Below are positions 1 to 12,874 of a stretch of 64,000 bases of DNA, piece after piece; position 1 is the first letter of the stretch, and the number at the start of each line of letters is the position of its first letter. The position numbers and the translations under genes were made by a program. Below the pieces are notes generated by a model, which saw only the letters and a list, made by a program, of their open reading frames with translations, made no database searches and was not told the DNA's origin. Source of the stretch: an uncultured Gemmataceae bacterium (GTDB lineage: Bacteria > Planctomycetota > Planctomycetia > Gemmatales > Gemmataceae); the NCBI GenBank assembly GCA_963750165.1, contig CAVVPN010000003.1, forward strand, positions 2,304,001 through 2,368,000. Reading direction: 5' to 3'.

Positions 1-2952
1 GATCGACGTGGCCACCTTCGTCTTCTTGTCGATGTCGTCCTTCGTGATCTTGTAATCCTTGCCGTTGGCGTCGCGCAGCAGCGTGAACTGCGGCGTCTCC
101 TCGATGACCAGGCCGTTGATGACCTGGCCGCCGCCGGTGGTGATCGACCAGGTGACGAACTGGTCCGCGATGGCCCGGCTCGGGTACAGGATCGATTCCA
201 GCAAATTTTGCCGGCTGGCCTTGCTACCGATCACCGACAGCTCCGGGCCGATCTTGCCGCCCTGGCCGTTGATCGTGTGGCACTTCATGCACTGCACGTC
301 GTTCTTCAGGCTCGCCAGCATCAGCTTGCGGCCGTTGTCGATGTTGCCCTTGCGTGTCAACATGGCCTGCATGCTCGGCAGCTTTTTGGGGTTGAGCTTG
401 CCGGCGAGCACCGGCGCCGGGAACATCGTCAGCGCCTTGTTGCGCAGGTCCGGGAACGGACTGTTGCGCAGCAGGCGGGCCAGGTCCGGCGTCAGTTCCT
501 TGCCGAGCTTGCCCTTGGCCTGGGCGTCCAGCAGGAACTGCGAACCGGGCCGCGTGCCGGCCAGCCCCGCGACCGCCGCCTGTCGCTCCGCCAGCTGGTA
601 CTGCTTGGCGTCCGTGGCCATCGTCTGCAGCAGGCCCTGGCTCACCTTGGTGCCCTGCCGGCCCAGTGCCAGCACAGCGTCCACGGCCAGTTCGTCCACG
701 CGATCCCGCCCGCTGGCCAGCGACTGCAACTCCCGTGTCGCCTCGGGCGTCCTGTACTGGCCGAGCGCTTCCACGGCAGCGGCCCGCAGCGCCGGCGCCA
801 GCTTCTTGTTGCGGGCGACGCTGACGGCCCACATCAACCCATCGTCCGTCTGGGCGGCGCCGATCAGCGCCACCGCCAGGCCGGTCGTGTCCGCGCGTTT
901 GTCCAGCACGCGGAGGGCGGCACGCAGTTCGGCGCTGTTCCGCAGCTTGGCCCACTTCCCTTGCAGATGCAATTTCAGGTGCTTGACGATCGCCTCGCGC
1001 ACTTCCCGGGTATTGTCGCTCGCCAGCACCTTGAGCAGCACGCGGCCCGCCTCCTCCTGCGGGGCGCTGGCGATGATGTCCACCAGCTGGGCGCGCGCGG
1101 CGGGCGTGCCGGTCTGCGCCAGCAGCCGCTTTTCCATTTCCGGCAGCAGTTTCGCCGGCCGCAACTCCCAGATCAGGCCGGCGACCTTCGCGTCCCAGGT
1201 TGAGAACTGCCGGGCGAAGTCCGCGAGCAGCGCCTCACGCCGCGCCGCGTCGGTGCCAGCGGCGATGCCCACCGCCGCCAGGTAAAAGCGGTCCTTGCCG
1301 TCGTAGCCCTTCGCCAACTCGTAAAACAGCTTCCGCGCCCTGTCCGCGGGCACGCTCCGCAGCAGCAGCAGTCCCTCGCGCCGCACCGCCGGCGACCGGT
1401 CCTTGACCAGCTGCTCTTGCCAGTCGGGAATGTAGTCCGCCGGCGTCTTGTTCAGGAAGTCGTTGTAGATGCGCATGGCCAGGATGCGGAAGCGCGGGTC
1501 GGGGTCGCTGAACGCCGCGTTGACCCAGCGCAAATGGCCGAGGCGGCCCATCTGCCACAGCGCCCGCGCTCGCAGCCAGACGTTCTCCTTTTGCTTCGCC
1601 GCCGGCTCCAGCACTGCCAGTGCCTTCGGCAGCCCCAGTTCGGTGATACGGTCCATCGCCAGCGACCGCACCGCCAAATTCGGCGACGCCAGCGCCGCCG
1701 TCAGGCCCGCGTTGGTGCTCACGTCAACCGTGGGCAGCTGCGTCCGGTAGCCCTTCGGGGCGAGGCGATAAATGCGGCCGCGCTTGGTGTCGCCCATGCC
1801 GTGGCCGCCGACGCCGGGGTCGTACCAGTCCGCGACGTACACCGCCCCGTCCGGCGCCACGCACACGTCCGACGGCCGGAACCAGTTGTCCTTGCTCTCG
1901 ACCATGTCCTCGCGCTGCACGGTGTAGGCGGCGCCCTGCGGCGTCAGGTGGTAGCAGCGCACGTGCCGTGGGCCGGCATCGGTGTGCAGCAACTGGCCGC
2001 GGTACTTCGACGGCAGCAATGCCCCCTCGTAGACGCACATGCCGGTCGGCGAGCCGAAGTAGGTGCGCAGAATCTTGGGCACCACGCCGGGCTGTTCCTC
2101 GTGCCAGTGCGTCTGGCCCTTGCCGCGCGGGTAGTAGCCGTGGTTGCCGCCCGGCATCACGTAGCAGATGCGCGTTTGCTGGTTGCCGTCGTCGTCGTTG
2201 TCGCTGACGAAGATGGTGCCGAAACTATCGACGCACGGCTCGTACTCGTTGCGGAAGTTGTGCGCGATCAGTTCCAGGTTCTTGCCGTCCAGGTCGCAGC
2301 GCCAGATCGTGCCCGCCTGACAGTCCGTCCCGTTCGACGACCACTTCTTGCCGTGCTTATCGACCAGGCCGCTCACGCCCTGGTCGCCGACACTAAAGTA
2401 CAGCTTGTCGTCCGGGCCAATCAAAATGCCGTGGACGCCGTGGTCGTGGTCGTAGCCGCGGAAGCCGCTCAGCAGCTTGCGCGGCGGCCCATCCGCCTTG
2501 CCGTCACCATCCTTATCCTCGAACACCAGGATGTCCGGCGACTGGCAGACGTAGACCGTCACGCCCTTGCCATTGGTGTGCGGCCGCACCGCCAGGCCCA
2601 GCGGCGCCAACGTGGCCGGCGACTGGTAAAAGACCGTCACCCTGTCCGCCTTGCCGGTCCCCTTGCTGTCCTCCAGGATCAGGATGCGGTCGCCCTCCGG
2701 GCGGTTCAGCTTCACTCTGCGCAGCTTCGTGCGGTAGTTGACCGACTCAACGACCCAGATGCGACCCTTGTGGTCGATGTCCATGCACGTCGGGTTGACG
2801 AACATCGGCTCGGACGCCCAGAGGCTGAGTTCGAGCCCGTCGGACACCTTGAAGGTGGAAAGCACTTTGTTTGGCGGCACCTGGGCGGGGGTGGCGGTGG
2901 CGGTAGTCAACAGCAGCAGGACGCAAAACGGTAGGGGTAGCCAGCGATTCAT
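1..2952 (-). CDS. PVC-type heme-binding CxxCH protein (membrane-bound dehydrogenase/beta-propeller + HEAT-like + cytochrome c domain), truncated at window start
   Basis: Not in ORF track because it runs off the edge. Manual translation from ATG 2952 gives MNRWLPLPFCVLLLLTTATATPAQVPPNKVLSTFKVSDGLELSLWASEPMFVNPTCMDIDHKGRIWV. An in-frame C-terminal DVQCMKCHTINGQGGKIGPELS..LLESILYPS (CxxCH near 275-295) is typical of this family. Confidence 0.88.
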   Translation of the reverse strand, partial: MNRWLPLPFCVLLLLTTATATPAQVPPNKVLSTFKVSDGLELSLWASEPMFVNPTCMDIDHKGRIWVVESVNYRTKLRRVKLNRPEGDRILILEDSKGTGKADRVTVFYQSPATLAPLGLAVRPHTNGKGVTVYVCQSPDILVFEDKDGDGKADGPPRKLLSGFRGYDHDHGVHGILIGPDDKLYFSVGDQGVSGLVDKHGKKWSSNGTDCQAGTIWRCDLDGKNLELIAHNFRNEYEPCVDSFGTIFVSDNDDDGNQQTRICYVMPGGNHGYYPRGKGQTHWHEEQPGVVPKILRTYFGSPTGMCVYEGALLPSKYRGQLLHTDAGPRHVRCYHLTPQGAAYTVQREDMVESKDNWFRPSDVCVAPDGAVYVADWYDPGVGGHGMGDTKRGRIYRLAPKGYRTQLPTVDVSTNAGLTAALASPNLAVRSLAMDRITELGLPKALAVLEPAAKQKENVWLRARALWQMGRLGHLRWVNAAFSDPDPRFRILAMRIYNDFLNKTPADYIPDWQEQLVKDRSPAVRREGLLLLRSVPADRARKLFYELAKGYDGKDRFYLAAVGIAAGTDAARREALLADFARQFSTWDAKVAGLIWELRPAKLLPEMEKRLLAQTGTPAARAQLVDIIASAPQEEAGRVLLKVLASDNTREVREAIVKHLKLHLQGKWAKLRNSAELRAALRVLDKRADTTGLAVALIGAAQTDDGLMWAVSVARNKKLAPALRAAAVEALGQYRTPEATRELQSLASGRDRVDELAVDAVLALGRQGTKVSQGLLQTMATDAKQYQLAERQAAVAGLAGTRPGSQFLLDAQAKGKLGKELTPDLARLLRNSPFPDLRNKALTMFPAPVLAGKLNPKKLPSMQAMLTRKGNIDNGRKLMLASLKNDVQCMKCHTINGQGGKIGPELSVIGSKASRQNLLESILYPSRAIADQFVTWSITTGGGQVINGLVIEETPQFTLLRDANGKDYKITKDDIDKKTKVATSI

Positions 2953-3091
2953 GGCGGCCGGTCTCCGTGAGTGACGGCGGTGGTTTGAATTGATAGTATA
3001 CTGCCCCGCCGCGCCCCGGAAAAGAAACAGGGGCGGGAACAATTCCCGCCCCCTTCGGCCCGACGGCCAGGTTCGATGTCGGACCGAATCG

Positions 3092-3529
3092 TCACCCGAG
3101 CAGCCAGCTCGCCAGCCAGGCCTTGGCCTGGGCGAAACCGACCGCGTGTTCCAGGTGATAGACCTCGATCAGCCCGAGGGCCACGCACACGTCCACGGCG
3201 CCGACCACGTACGGCAGAGCCTTGCCCCGCCAGCCGCGGACGCGCTTCACGAAGCCGCCGAAGCGCTCCGCGAACGCCTGCCAGGCGAAGTGCTTCGCCT
3301 CCAGGCGCTCCTTCTTCTCCACCAGGCTACCCAGCACATACGCCCGTCGCGCAACCTGGTACGGGTCGGGCTTGCTGGAGTTGCCTTCCTTGAAAGCGGT
3401 TTCGCGCAGCAGTTTTTCCGTCTGCTGTGCGGCCTGCGTGTACTTCTTCGCCAGGGCCGACGCCCGCCGCTGAATCAACGACTGGGCCGCACTGAGCAAG
3501 AAGACCAGCAGGGTGTAAAGAATCATCAT
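3092..3529 (-). CDS. hypothetical membrane-associated protein
   Basis: 145-aa ORF with hydrophobic N-terminus, a helical charged middle and a hydrophobic C-terminal segment; non-shadow composition. Confidence 0.7.
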   Translation of the reverse strand: MMILYTLLVFLLSAAQSLIQRRASALAKKYTQAAQQTEKLLRETAFKEGNSSKPDPYQVARRAYVLGSLVEKKERLEAKHFAWQAFAERFGGFVKRVRGWRGKALPYVVGAVDVCVALGLIEVYHLEHAVGFAQAKAWLASWLLG

Positions 3530-3680
3530 CGCGTCTTCCTGGGGTTGTGCGATGCCGGCCCTGGCTAAGCCGAGAGTTGCAGCGGACTGCGATCCTGCGA
3601 GGTGGGGCGTCAGTCGTCTGTCTCACGTTCCGCGTTGCGAAAGATAGGAGAGTCGGCGCCACAGGAAGGTTCGCCAGAAA

Positions 3681-3773
3681 AACCGGCGAGCGGCGCGGCG
3701 TGAGCCCGCCGGTACTGCGAGGTTCCAAGCGCTTCGCAGTACCGGCGGGCTCACGCCGCGCCGCTCGCCGGTT
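3681..3773. repeat. REP-like palindrome (40-bp perfect inverted repeat), family A
   Basis: aaccggcgagcggcgcggcgtgagcccgccggtactgcga (3681-3720) is the reverse complement of 3734-3773; related copies at 36537-36604 and 10186-10249; lies just downstream of gap. Confidence 0.85.
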
Positions 3774-3785
3774 CAACCGTTGGGA

Positions 3786-5943
<2,158 letters not shown>

Positions 5944-5946
5944 GGA

Positions 5947-6039
5947 TTCACCACAAAGACACAAAGGACACCAAGAAGAAAAAGATTGATTTATCAATTC
6001 TTTTTTTCTTCTTGGTGTCCTTTGTGTCTTTGTGGTGAA
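5947..6039. repeat. long palindromic element between convergent genes (REP-like / bidirectional terminator), family B
   Basis: ttcaccacaaagacacaaaggacaccaagaagaaaaa ... tttttcttcttggtgtcctttgtgtctttgtggtgaa inverted repeat; similar architecture at 57506-57618. Confidence 0.8.
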
Positions 6040-6042
6040 CCC

Positions 6043-6891
6043 TTATTTTGGCGGGTTTTTCTCCAGGAACCGTCGCAGTTCCGCGTAGAAGTGCGGCGAC
6101 AGTGGCGTGTTGTGATCGCCGCCATCCAGTTTCAGGAACGCCTTCGGCTCGTTGGCCGCCGCGAAGAGTTGTTCACTCTGGCTGAACGGGATGAACGTGT
6201 CACGATCGCCGTGCGCGATGAACACGGGGCGCTGGCAGTCGCGGATTTTACGCAGCGACTCGAAGCGGTTGTGCATCAGCCAGCGCACCGGCAGCCACGG
6301 ATACAGCTTCTGGGCCACGTCCGGCATCGACGTGAAGCTGTTGATTACCACCAGGGCGCGGTGCGGCCGCCGGCTGGCCAGGTCCACCGCGACGCCGCCG
6401 CCCAGCGATACGCCGAACACGATCACCTGGTCCGCCGGGATTTTTTGCGCCACCGTTAGCCAGTCGTGGGCCGCGGTCGCCGCCGCGTAACAGCCCTCCT
6501 CGCTGGGACTGCCACCGCTCTTGCCGTAGCCGGGATAGTCGATGATGAGCACCGGCACGTTGAGGTGATCGCTGGCCTCGACAATGGCCGCGCCGCGGTC
6601 GCTCAGGTTGCCAGCGTTGCCGTGGAAGTACAGCAGCGCTCCGGTGGCCCCCGGCCGCGGCAGCCACCAACCGTGGATGCGGGTGCCGTCCAGCAGCGTC
6701 AGTTGCACGTCTGCAATCTTCGAGGTCGGCGCCGGCTGCCAACGCTCAGCCGCCGGACTCGCCGGGTAGACCATTTTGTTTTCGAACGTCAGTAACACGA
6801 CCACTACCCCCAGGTACGTCAGCCCCGCCAGCACCACCAGGCGCAGCAGGATTCGTGCCGTCCCTGACCGTTTTGCCTTTGGCGTGGACAC
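6043..6891 (-). CDS. alpha/beta hydrolase (ABHD13/BEM46-like, N-terminal TM anchor)
   Basis: YFHGNAGN, DYPGYGKS, nucleophile GVSLGG, HGDRD, GGDHN. Confidence 0.92.
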   Translation of the reverse strand: MSTPKAKRSGTARILLRLVVLAGLTYLGVVVVLLTFENKMVYPASPAAERWQPAPTSKIADVQLTLLDGTRIHGWWLPRPGATGALLYFHGNAGNLSDRGAAIVEASDHLNVPVLIIDYPGYGKSGGSPSEEGCYAAATAAHDWLTVAQKIPADQVIVFGVSLGGGVAVDLASRRPHRALVVINSFTSMPDVAQKLYPWLPVRWLMHNRFESLRKIRDCQRPVFIAHGDRDTFIPFSQSEQLFAAANEPKAFLKLDGGDHNTPLSPHFYAELRRFLEKNPPK

Positions 6892-8839
6892 GGTTCCCCT
6901 CCCGCCCGCGCACCGCCGGGTCGGCCGCGCGGAGACGCCCGACCACGGATCCGACCAGCACCAGCCCCAGCACCGACCAGCCGCCGATGGGCAGCCAGTC
7001 GCCCAGGTGCGCGTACAGGCTGAAGCGGTGGTCGATCGGAATGTTCGCCACCACCACGCCGGCCACCTTCTTGTGCTTCGACCACTCCGACACCGGCAGC
7101 TCCGCCGTCTGGCCGTTCACCTCCAGCACCGACCAGATGAGCACGCGCTTTTTCGTCAGCGGATCCAGGACGGCCGTCTCCCTGGTCTTCAGCACTCGGC
7201 CGTTGCCGTCGATGACGGCGGAGATGCCCATGTTGACCGACCGCGCCACCGCCCGCCGCGCCTCGATGGCCCGGAAGCGGCACAGGGCCAGATGGTCCTC
7301 GTGCTCGCTGGAGCCGTCGAACCAGCCGTCGTTGGACATATCGATCAGGAAGTCCACCGCCCGGCCATCCCGGCCCGCCACCGCGTACTGCCGCGCCAGG
7401 AACGGGTCGGAGTCCTCGTAGCAGATCAGGACGCCGAAGCAATACTGCCCTAACTCGAAGCGCGTCAGCTCGTCGCCGGGCGTGATGCTGTAGTCCCATT
7501 TGTAGGGGGCGTACCGGTCCACGAAGGGCAGCCAGTCGCGCAGCGGCATGTATTCGCCGAACGGGACGCGGTGAATTTTGTCGTAGCGCTGGCCGACGCC
7601 GCCGTTGCCATGCACCATCAGGGCCGAGTTGTAGCGCGTCCGCTTTTTATCGACGCTCACGCTGAAGCCGCGGCCGGTGTCCTTCTCCTCGACCTCGGTG
7701 AGCACCTCGGTGTTCAGGCCGAGCAGGGTCGGCCGCCTGCCGCTGCCGACGTAGGTCTGCAAGTCCTTGCGGAAATCGGTTTCCCAGTCGGCCCAGTATT
7801 GGGGGATCAAGCGGGTGGGGACTGCCGGGGAAGTCTGTTTCCAGTCCGCCGGGTAACTGGTTTCCGGCCAGACCACCATCTCCGCGTTCAGCTGGGAATC
7901 CAGTCCCGTGGCGTACAGGGCGGTCATGTGCAGCACGATGCCGTTGAACATCCCCCTGGAATCCGCGTTGCCCGCCGTGAGCGGGGTGTTGCGGATGCGC
8001 TGGTCCACGTTGGACTGCAACAGGGCGATGCGCGGCCCGCGCGTGGACTCGTCCTGATCCATGCGCACGACGCCGTACACCAGCGCCGCCATCACCAGCA
8101 CCGCCACGGCGCCGCCGTGCAGCGCCAGTCGCCGCCAGCCGAGACAGTTGCGCGACAGCGGCGGCACCCCCGGCCCCTGCTGGCCCAGCGCCCGCCGGAA
8201 CCCGGGCAGCGCATACAGCACCTCGAAGACCCAGGCATTCGCCGCCGCCACTAACAGGCTTACCATGTAGACGCCGCCGAGATCGCACACCTGGATGATC
8301 GGCAGGAATGCGTGCTGTGTGTGACCCAGGAAGTACCACGCGAAGCCCGTCATCAGGAACGAGCGCAGATATTCCAGGCTAACCCACACGACCGGCAGCG
8401 TCACCACCAACGGTAGCGGCGTGCGTCGCTCCAGCCAGCGCACCAGCAACAGTGTGGCGCAGAAATACAGCGAACAGTACAGCGACAGCGCCAGCCATGC
8501 GTAACTCATGCGGTCGTCGGCGACGGGCATCCAGCGCAGCACCGGCAGGTAAAACGCCAGGCCGCCGAGGAGCGCGGCGAAATACGTCGCCCACGGCCAC
8601 ATCCGGCTGCGCAGCAGCGTCAGCAGCGGCACCACCGCCACCCACGCCAGCCAGCCCCAGGCCATCGGGAAGAAGCACAGCCACAACAGCCCGGCCGTCA
8701 ACAGCGGCGGTACGAACAGACGCAGCGGCCACGCCCACCACGGGTCGGCGCCCTGAGGGCGGGCCGGCGGCGCCGGCGCGGCGGCCGGCTGGGGCTCGGG
8801 GTGTTTCGCCGCAGTCGTGGGGAGCGTCACCTGCTTCAT
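6746..8839 (-). CDS. lnt: apolipoprotein N-acyltransferase
   Basis: N-terminal TM helices, VVWPETS, YDKIHRVPFGEY, LICYED, SNDGWF; the 146-bp 3' overlap with the next gene makes the true stop uncertain. Confidence 0.92.
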   Translation of the reverse strand: MKQVTLPTTAAKHPEPQPAAAPAPPARPQGADPWWAWPLRLFVPPLLTAGLLWLCFFPMAWGWLAWVAVVPLLTLLRSRMWPWATYFAALLGGLAFYLPVLRWMPVADDRMSYAWLALSLYCSLYFCATLLLVRWLERRTPLPLVVTLPVVWVSLEYLRSFLMTGFAWYFLGHTQHAFLPIIQVCDLGGVYMVSLLVAAANAWVFEVLYALPGFRRALGQQGPGVPPLSRNCLGWRRLALHGGAVAVLVMAALVYGVVRMDQDESTRGPRIALLQSNVDQRIRNTPLTAGNADSRGMFNGIVLHMTALYATGLDSQLNAEMVVWPETSYPADWKQTSPAVPTRLIPQYWADWETDFRKDLQTYVGSGRRPTLLGLNTEVLTEVEEKDTGRGFSVSVDKKRTRYNSALMVHGNGGVGQRYDKIHRVPFGEYMPLRDWLPFVDRYAPYKWDYSITPGDELTRFELGQYCFGVLICYEDSDPFLARQYAVAGRDGRAVDFLIDMSNDGWFDGSSEHEDHLALCRFRAIEARRAVARSVNMGISAVIDGNGRVLKTRETAVLDPLTKKRVLIWSVLEVNGQTAELPVSEWSKHKKVAGVVVANIPIDHRFSLYAHLGDWLPIGGWSVLGLVLVGSVVGRLRAADPAVRGREGNRVHAKGKTVRDGTNPAAPGGAGGADVPGGSGRVTDVRKQNGLPGESGG

Positions 8840-8856
8840 CCAGTCCTCCTTGGAGA

Positions 8857-10098
8857 TCAACCGACCTCAACGCAGAGCACCGGCAGCGCGTGTCCTGCCG
8901 CGCAGCGGTGCTCGCCGGGGGAAACGATCAGGAACGCATTGGCGGCAGTCAGGCCGCGCAGGTCGGGCGAACCGAGCCACGCCACTGGGCGCACGCGCCA
9001 GCCATCGCCGGCCGGTTCCAGCCAGGCGGGGTGATAGGTCTGCCGGTCGGTGCGGTAAACGAACTCCTCGGTCAACCGGGCCAGCACCTGTGGCGGCAGT
9101 GGGTCGTCCAGGCCGCGCAGGCGGCGCAGCGCCGGCCGCACGAACAGCTCGAAGCAGACATAAGCGCTGACGGGGTTGCCCGGCAGTCCAAAGACGAGGG
9201 TGTCGCCGCGGGTGCCGAAGAACACGGGCTTGCCCGGCTTCATGGCAACCTTGTGGAAGTGGGCCGTCACGCCCAGGTCACGCAGCACGCCGGGCACCAG
9301 GTCGAGTTTGCCCGCGGAGACGCCGCCGGACAGGATCAGCACATCGTATTTCAGGCCGAGTTCGATATGCTTCCGAAGCTGCTCCACCTGGTCGGCGGCG
9401 ATGCCCAGGCTGTGCGGCTGCGCGGCCGCCCGATCCGCCAGGGTCAGGAGCATCGGCCCGTTGCCGTTGCGGATCTGGCCGGCCTGCGGTTGCTCACGGG
9501 CGTCCACCAGTTCGTCGCCAGTGGACAGGACGGCCACCTGGGGAGGCTTCTGGAGCGAAACGGAGGTGTATCCCACCGTCGCCAGCACGCCCACTTCCTG
9601 CGGCCGAATCCGACTGCCGCGCCGCAGCACCACGTCGCCGCGGCGCATCTCACGGCCGCGGCGCATGACGTTTTGCTCGGGCTTCACGGATCGGTCCTCG
9701 ATGTGGACGCCCCCCCCGTCCAGGAGGCGCGTGCGTTCGACCTGCACCACCGCGTCCGCCCCGGCAGGCAGGGGCGCCCCGGTCATGATGCGCGCGGCCT
9801 GGCCCGGCCCCACTTCGCGTTGGGGGGTGTTGCCCGCGGTGATCTCCTCGATGACTTCCAGCGCACGCGGCCCCGCGGCCAGGTCGGCGCTACGCACCGC
9901 GTAGCCGTCCATGAGGGCCTTGTCAAAGGGAGGCATGTCCACATCACTGCGAACGTCTTCGGCCAGGAACTGGCCCATCAGCGCTGCGGACAGGTGGGAC
10001 AATGCCGTGCAATAAGGGAACCCCGACAGGGGCCGGGAGTGCCGCAGGACGATGGCCTGGGCGTCGTGGACGGTCAGCAGTTGCTCGGACATCGACAT
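8857..10098 (-). CDS. moeA: molybdopterin molybdotransferase MoeA (gephyrin-like)
   Basis: PPFDKALMDGYAV, RIMTGAPLPAGADAVV, STGDEL, SGGVSAG, MKPGKP, GLPGNPVS. Confidence 0.95.
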   Translation of the reverse strand: MSMSEQLLTVHDAQAIVLRHSRPLSGFPYCTALSHLSAALMGQFLAEDVRSDVDMPPFDKALMDGYAVRSADLAAGPRALEVIEEITAGNTPQREVGPGQAARIMTGAPLPAGADAVVQVERTRLLDGGGVHIEDRSVKPEQNVMRRGREMRRGDVVLRRGSRIRPQEVGVLATVGYTSVSLQKPPQVAVLSTGDELVDAREQPQAGQIRNGNGPMLLTLADRAAAQPHSLGIAADQVEQLRKHIELGLKYDVLILSGGVSAGKLDLVPGVLRDLGVTAHFHKVAMKPGKPVFFGTRGDTLVFGLPGNPVSAYVCFELFVRPALRRLRGLDDPLPPQVLARLTEEFVYRTDRQTYHPAWLEPAGDGWRVRPVAWLGSPDLRGLTAANAFLIVSPGEHRCAAGHALPVLCVEVG

Positions 10099-10185
10099 GA
10101 CGGCATGGCTCTCGGCAACGTCGGGGCGTATCCGCTGTGGGATTGTAGCACGACGGCCGCGCGGGACGCTAGGCGGAGTCATCGA

Positions 10186-10249
10186 GGCGAGCGGGGTCGC
10201 GTCAGCGCCGCGTGCGACTTCACGGGGCGCTGACGCGACCCCGCTCACC
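10186..10249. repeat. REP-like palindrome related to family A
   Basis: ggcgagcggggtcgcgtcagcgcc...ggcgctgacgcgaccccgctcacc inverted repeat. Confidence 0.75.
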
Positions 10250-10270
10250 AGCGGAGTCCCCTAACGGACA

Positions 10271-11047
10271 TCACTTCTTGTTCAGCTCCTTGACGCGAAT
10301 GTTGCGGTAGCGCACGACCAGCTTCGTCAGGTCGCCGGGGCCGCCATAGCCGCCGCCGTGGACCTGTAGCGCGATGCCGCCCATTTCGGGCAGGCGCTTC
10401 TGCTTGTCCGTGTACTCCATGAACTTGACGCCCCTGATCCAGGTCGTGATGGTCGGCGGGTTGCCGACGATGCGCGCCTTTAACGTGTTCCATTCGCCGT
10501 GCTTCCAGAACTCGGGCCACCCCTCCGGCGACACCGGCAGCTTGAAATCGGCCTTGTCCTCCTTGATTTTCTCCGGATCCTTGGGGTCGGTGAAGGTGAA
10601 GTTGCGACTGCCGAAGCCGCCGATGCCCTCGCCGTAGACGCCCATCAGGTTGCCGCCGACGTGATAGTCGATCATCGCCTGGTACGCCTTGCCGTCCTCG
10701 GTGCTGCGCAGGAACAGGCCGCTGTCCGGGCCGAAGTCGTTGCGCATCTCCAGCACGACTTCGAAGTCGCCGTACTTCTTGTCGGTGATGACGATGCCGC
10801 CGTTGCCGGGGATGTCCTGGCTGCCGACGATGGCGCCGTCCTCGATGCGCCAGTTGCCGCCGGTCTTGTGCTTGCTCTTGGAACTGTGGCCGCTCTTGGC
10901 GCTGACGTGCCAGCCGGTGAGCGTCTTGCCGTCGAAGATGGACACGTAGTCGCCGGCCTTGTTCTGGGCGGCCGTCTCGTGCGCCGCCGGAAAGCCGCCG
11001 GCCAGCGCCGCCAGCACCGCGACCGCCAACCCGATTGCCCGTCGCAT
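10271..11047 (-). CDS. DUF1080 / 3-keto-disaccharide hydrolase family secreted protein
   Basis: signal peptide, SIFDGKTLTGW, WRIEDGAIVG, YGDFEVVLE, DSGLFLR, GEWNTL, IALQVHGG, YRNIRVKEL. Confidence 0.9.
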   Translation of the reverse strand: MRRAIGLAVAVLAALAGGFPAAHETAAQNKAGDYVSIFDGKTLTGWHVSAKSGHSSKSKHKTGGNWRIEDGAIVGSQDIPGNGGIVITDKKYGDFEVVLEMRNDFGPDSGLFLRSTEDGKAYQAMIDYHVGGNLMGVYGEGIGGFGSRNFTFTDPKDPEKIKEDKADFKLPVSPEGWPEFWKHGEWNTLKARIVGNPPTITTWIRGVKFMEYTDKQKRLPEMGGIALQVHGGGYGGPGDLTKLVVRYRNIRVKELNKK

Positions 11048-11214
11048 GGGTGGTTCCCCCTGAGTGAAACTGGGTGCGATTCGTTGCTGAGATTATCCGG
11101 CTTTCCGCGGCGCTGTCCAGGGACCAGCGCCGTCGCCAATCCCGGAGCGGCCGCGGTTGGGTCGCGCGTTATTTCGTCCGAGCCGCGTGCGCGGCTCGGT
11201 GTAAGCCCTTGCCG

Positions 11215-12874
11215 TCAGGCCAGCCGTCCAGCCGCCCACGCGGCCAGTTTCTCGCGGAAAATCTTGGCGTTGTGGCGGATGTCCACCGGAAAGCCCGGGT
11301 GGAGCAGGATCGTTTGAATGCCGCGGGTGTGCGGGTGATGCGCCCCCAGCGCCAGCAATTCGCGCGTGATCTCCGCCAACGACCGCTCAGGGTTCTCGGG
11401 CTTCAGCTCAACGCACAGCACCGGCCGCTGCGCCCCCGGTTCGCCGACGCCCACCAGCGCCGTGCGGTACACCGCCGGATGTTCGTTGAACACCGCCTCG
11501 CACGGGATCGTGTACAGCTCCCCCGCAGCCGTCCGCACCCGCTGCGACTTGCGGCCGCAGAACCACACCCGTCCCGTCTCGTCCACGTAACCCAGGTCGC
11601 CCATGCGGTGCCAGAAACCGCGGCCTGGGTCGATGATCTTCGCCAGCCCCGTCGATTGCGGGCGGTGATAATATTCGCGCGTCACCACCGGGCCGGACAC
11701 GACGATCTCGCCGACCTCACCCGACGGCACGCACAGGTCCTCCGACCAGGTCGCAATCGGCTCGTCGCTGATGCGGATGATGCGCAGCGTGATCTCGTCC
11801 ACCGGCCGGCCGACGCACACGCCCGCCCCCGCCGCCGTGCGCCGCCGCGTCTCGGTCAGGATGGCGTCACTGCCGATCGAGCACACCGGCAGCGCCTCGG
11901 TCAGCGCCGTAGGGCGTGAAGATTTGCACCCCGGGCGCCAGCAGTTTTGCGAAGCGCTCCAGGATCGCCGCCGACACCGGCGCCCCCGCCGACAGCACCC
12001 GTCGCAGCGACGGCAATCGCACGCCATGCTCGACGCCGTAGCGGCCAACGCGGTTCAGCAGCGCCGGCGAGCCGAACAGGTTCGTGACGCCGAAATTCTC
12101 GACCGCCTCAATGATCTTGCGCGGGTCCACCAGGGCCGGCCGCGTGGCGTCCATGTCGGGGATGATCGCGGTCATGCCCAGCGCCGGCGCGAACAACGCG
12201 AACAGCGGAAACGTCGCCAGATCGATCTCGCCCGGTTCGATGCCGTACAGCCGCCGCAGGATGTCCACCTGGGCCGCGAAGACGCCGTGCGTGTACACCG
12301 CCCCCTTGGGCACCCCCGTGCTGCCGCTGGTAAACAGGATCGCGGCCAGGTCCGCGGCGGTCGTCTCGGCCAGCGGCCACGGCTCGCCGATCCGCCCCGC
12401 CTGCCAGACGTGCTTGAGGGCCCAGCCGCTCCAGAACAGCCGCGGCCCCACCGTCACGTTGACGCGCACACTCGCCTTCGCCCAGCCGAGCAGCCGCCGG
12501 GCCGCGTGCGCCTTCGGGATGCCGATAAACGCCTCGGGCTCCGCTTCCGCCAGGCACTGGCCGAGGTTCTTGACGCCCATGCCGGGATCGACCAGCACCG
12601 GCACCGCGCCCGCCTTGAACAGCGCGAACGTCAGCGCGAAGAATTCCAGGCTCGGCTTGACCATCAGCACCGTGCGCGTGCCGCGGCCGACGCCGAGCGC
12701 CTGCAGGCCCCAGGCGAGGCGGTCGCTGGCCTCGTGCAGCTGACGGAACGTGTAGTGCGTGTAACTGACGCGGCCGGCGCGGTCGCGGCCGTGCGGGAAC
12801 ACCACAGCCAGGCGGTGTGGTTGCTTGTCCGCCATGGCGCCGACGTGGCTGGCGATGTTGACCAGAACGCTCAT
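11215..12874 (-). CDS. oleC: OleC-like olefin beta-lactone synthetase (AMP-binding acyl-CoA ligase family); one frameshift near 11900
   Basis: AILFTSGSTGVPKG, ATFPLFALF, NLFGSPAL, FTPYGA|TEALPV joined across an extra base, WHRMGDLGY, WFCGRKSQRV, FPVDIRHNAKIFREKL; directly follows oleA and oleB. Confidence 0.85.

Noticed and set aside
59..2934. Long plus-strand ORFs (59..1285, 1417..2934)
   Set aside because: Antisense shadows of the minus-strand CxxCH protein, typical of high-GC DNA
6746..6891. Functional overlap or fusion between lnt and the hydrolase
   Set aside because: The lnt extension is low-complexity and probably results from a lost stop or an indel error
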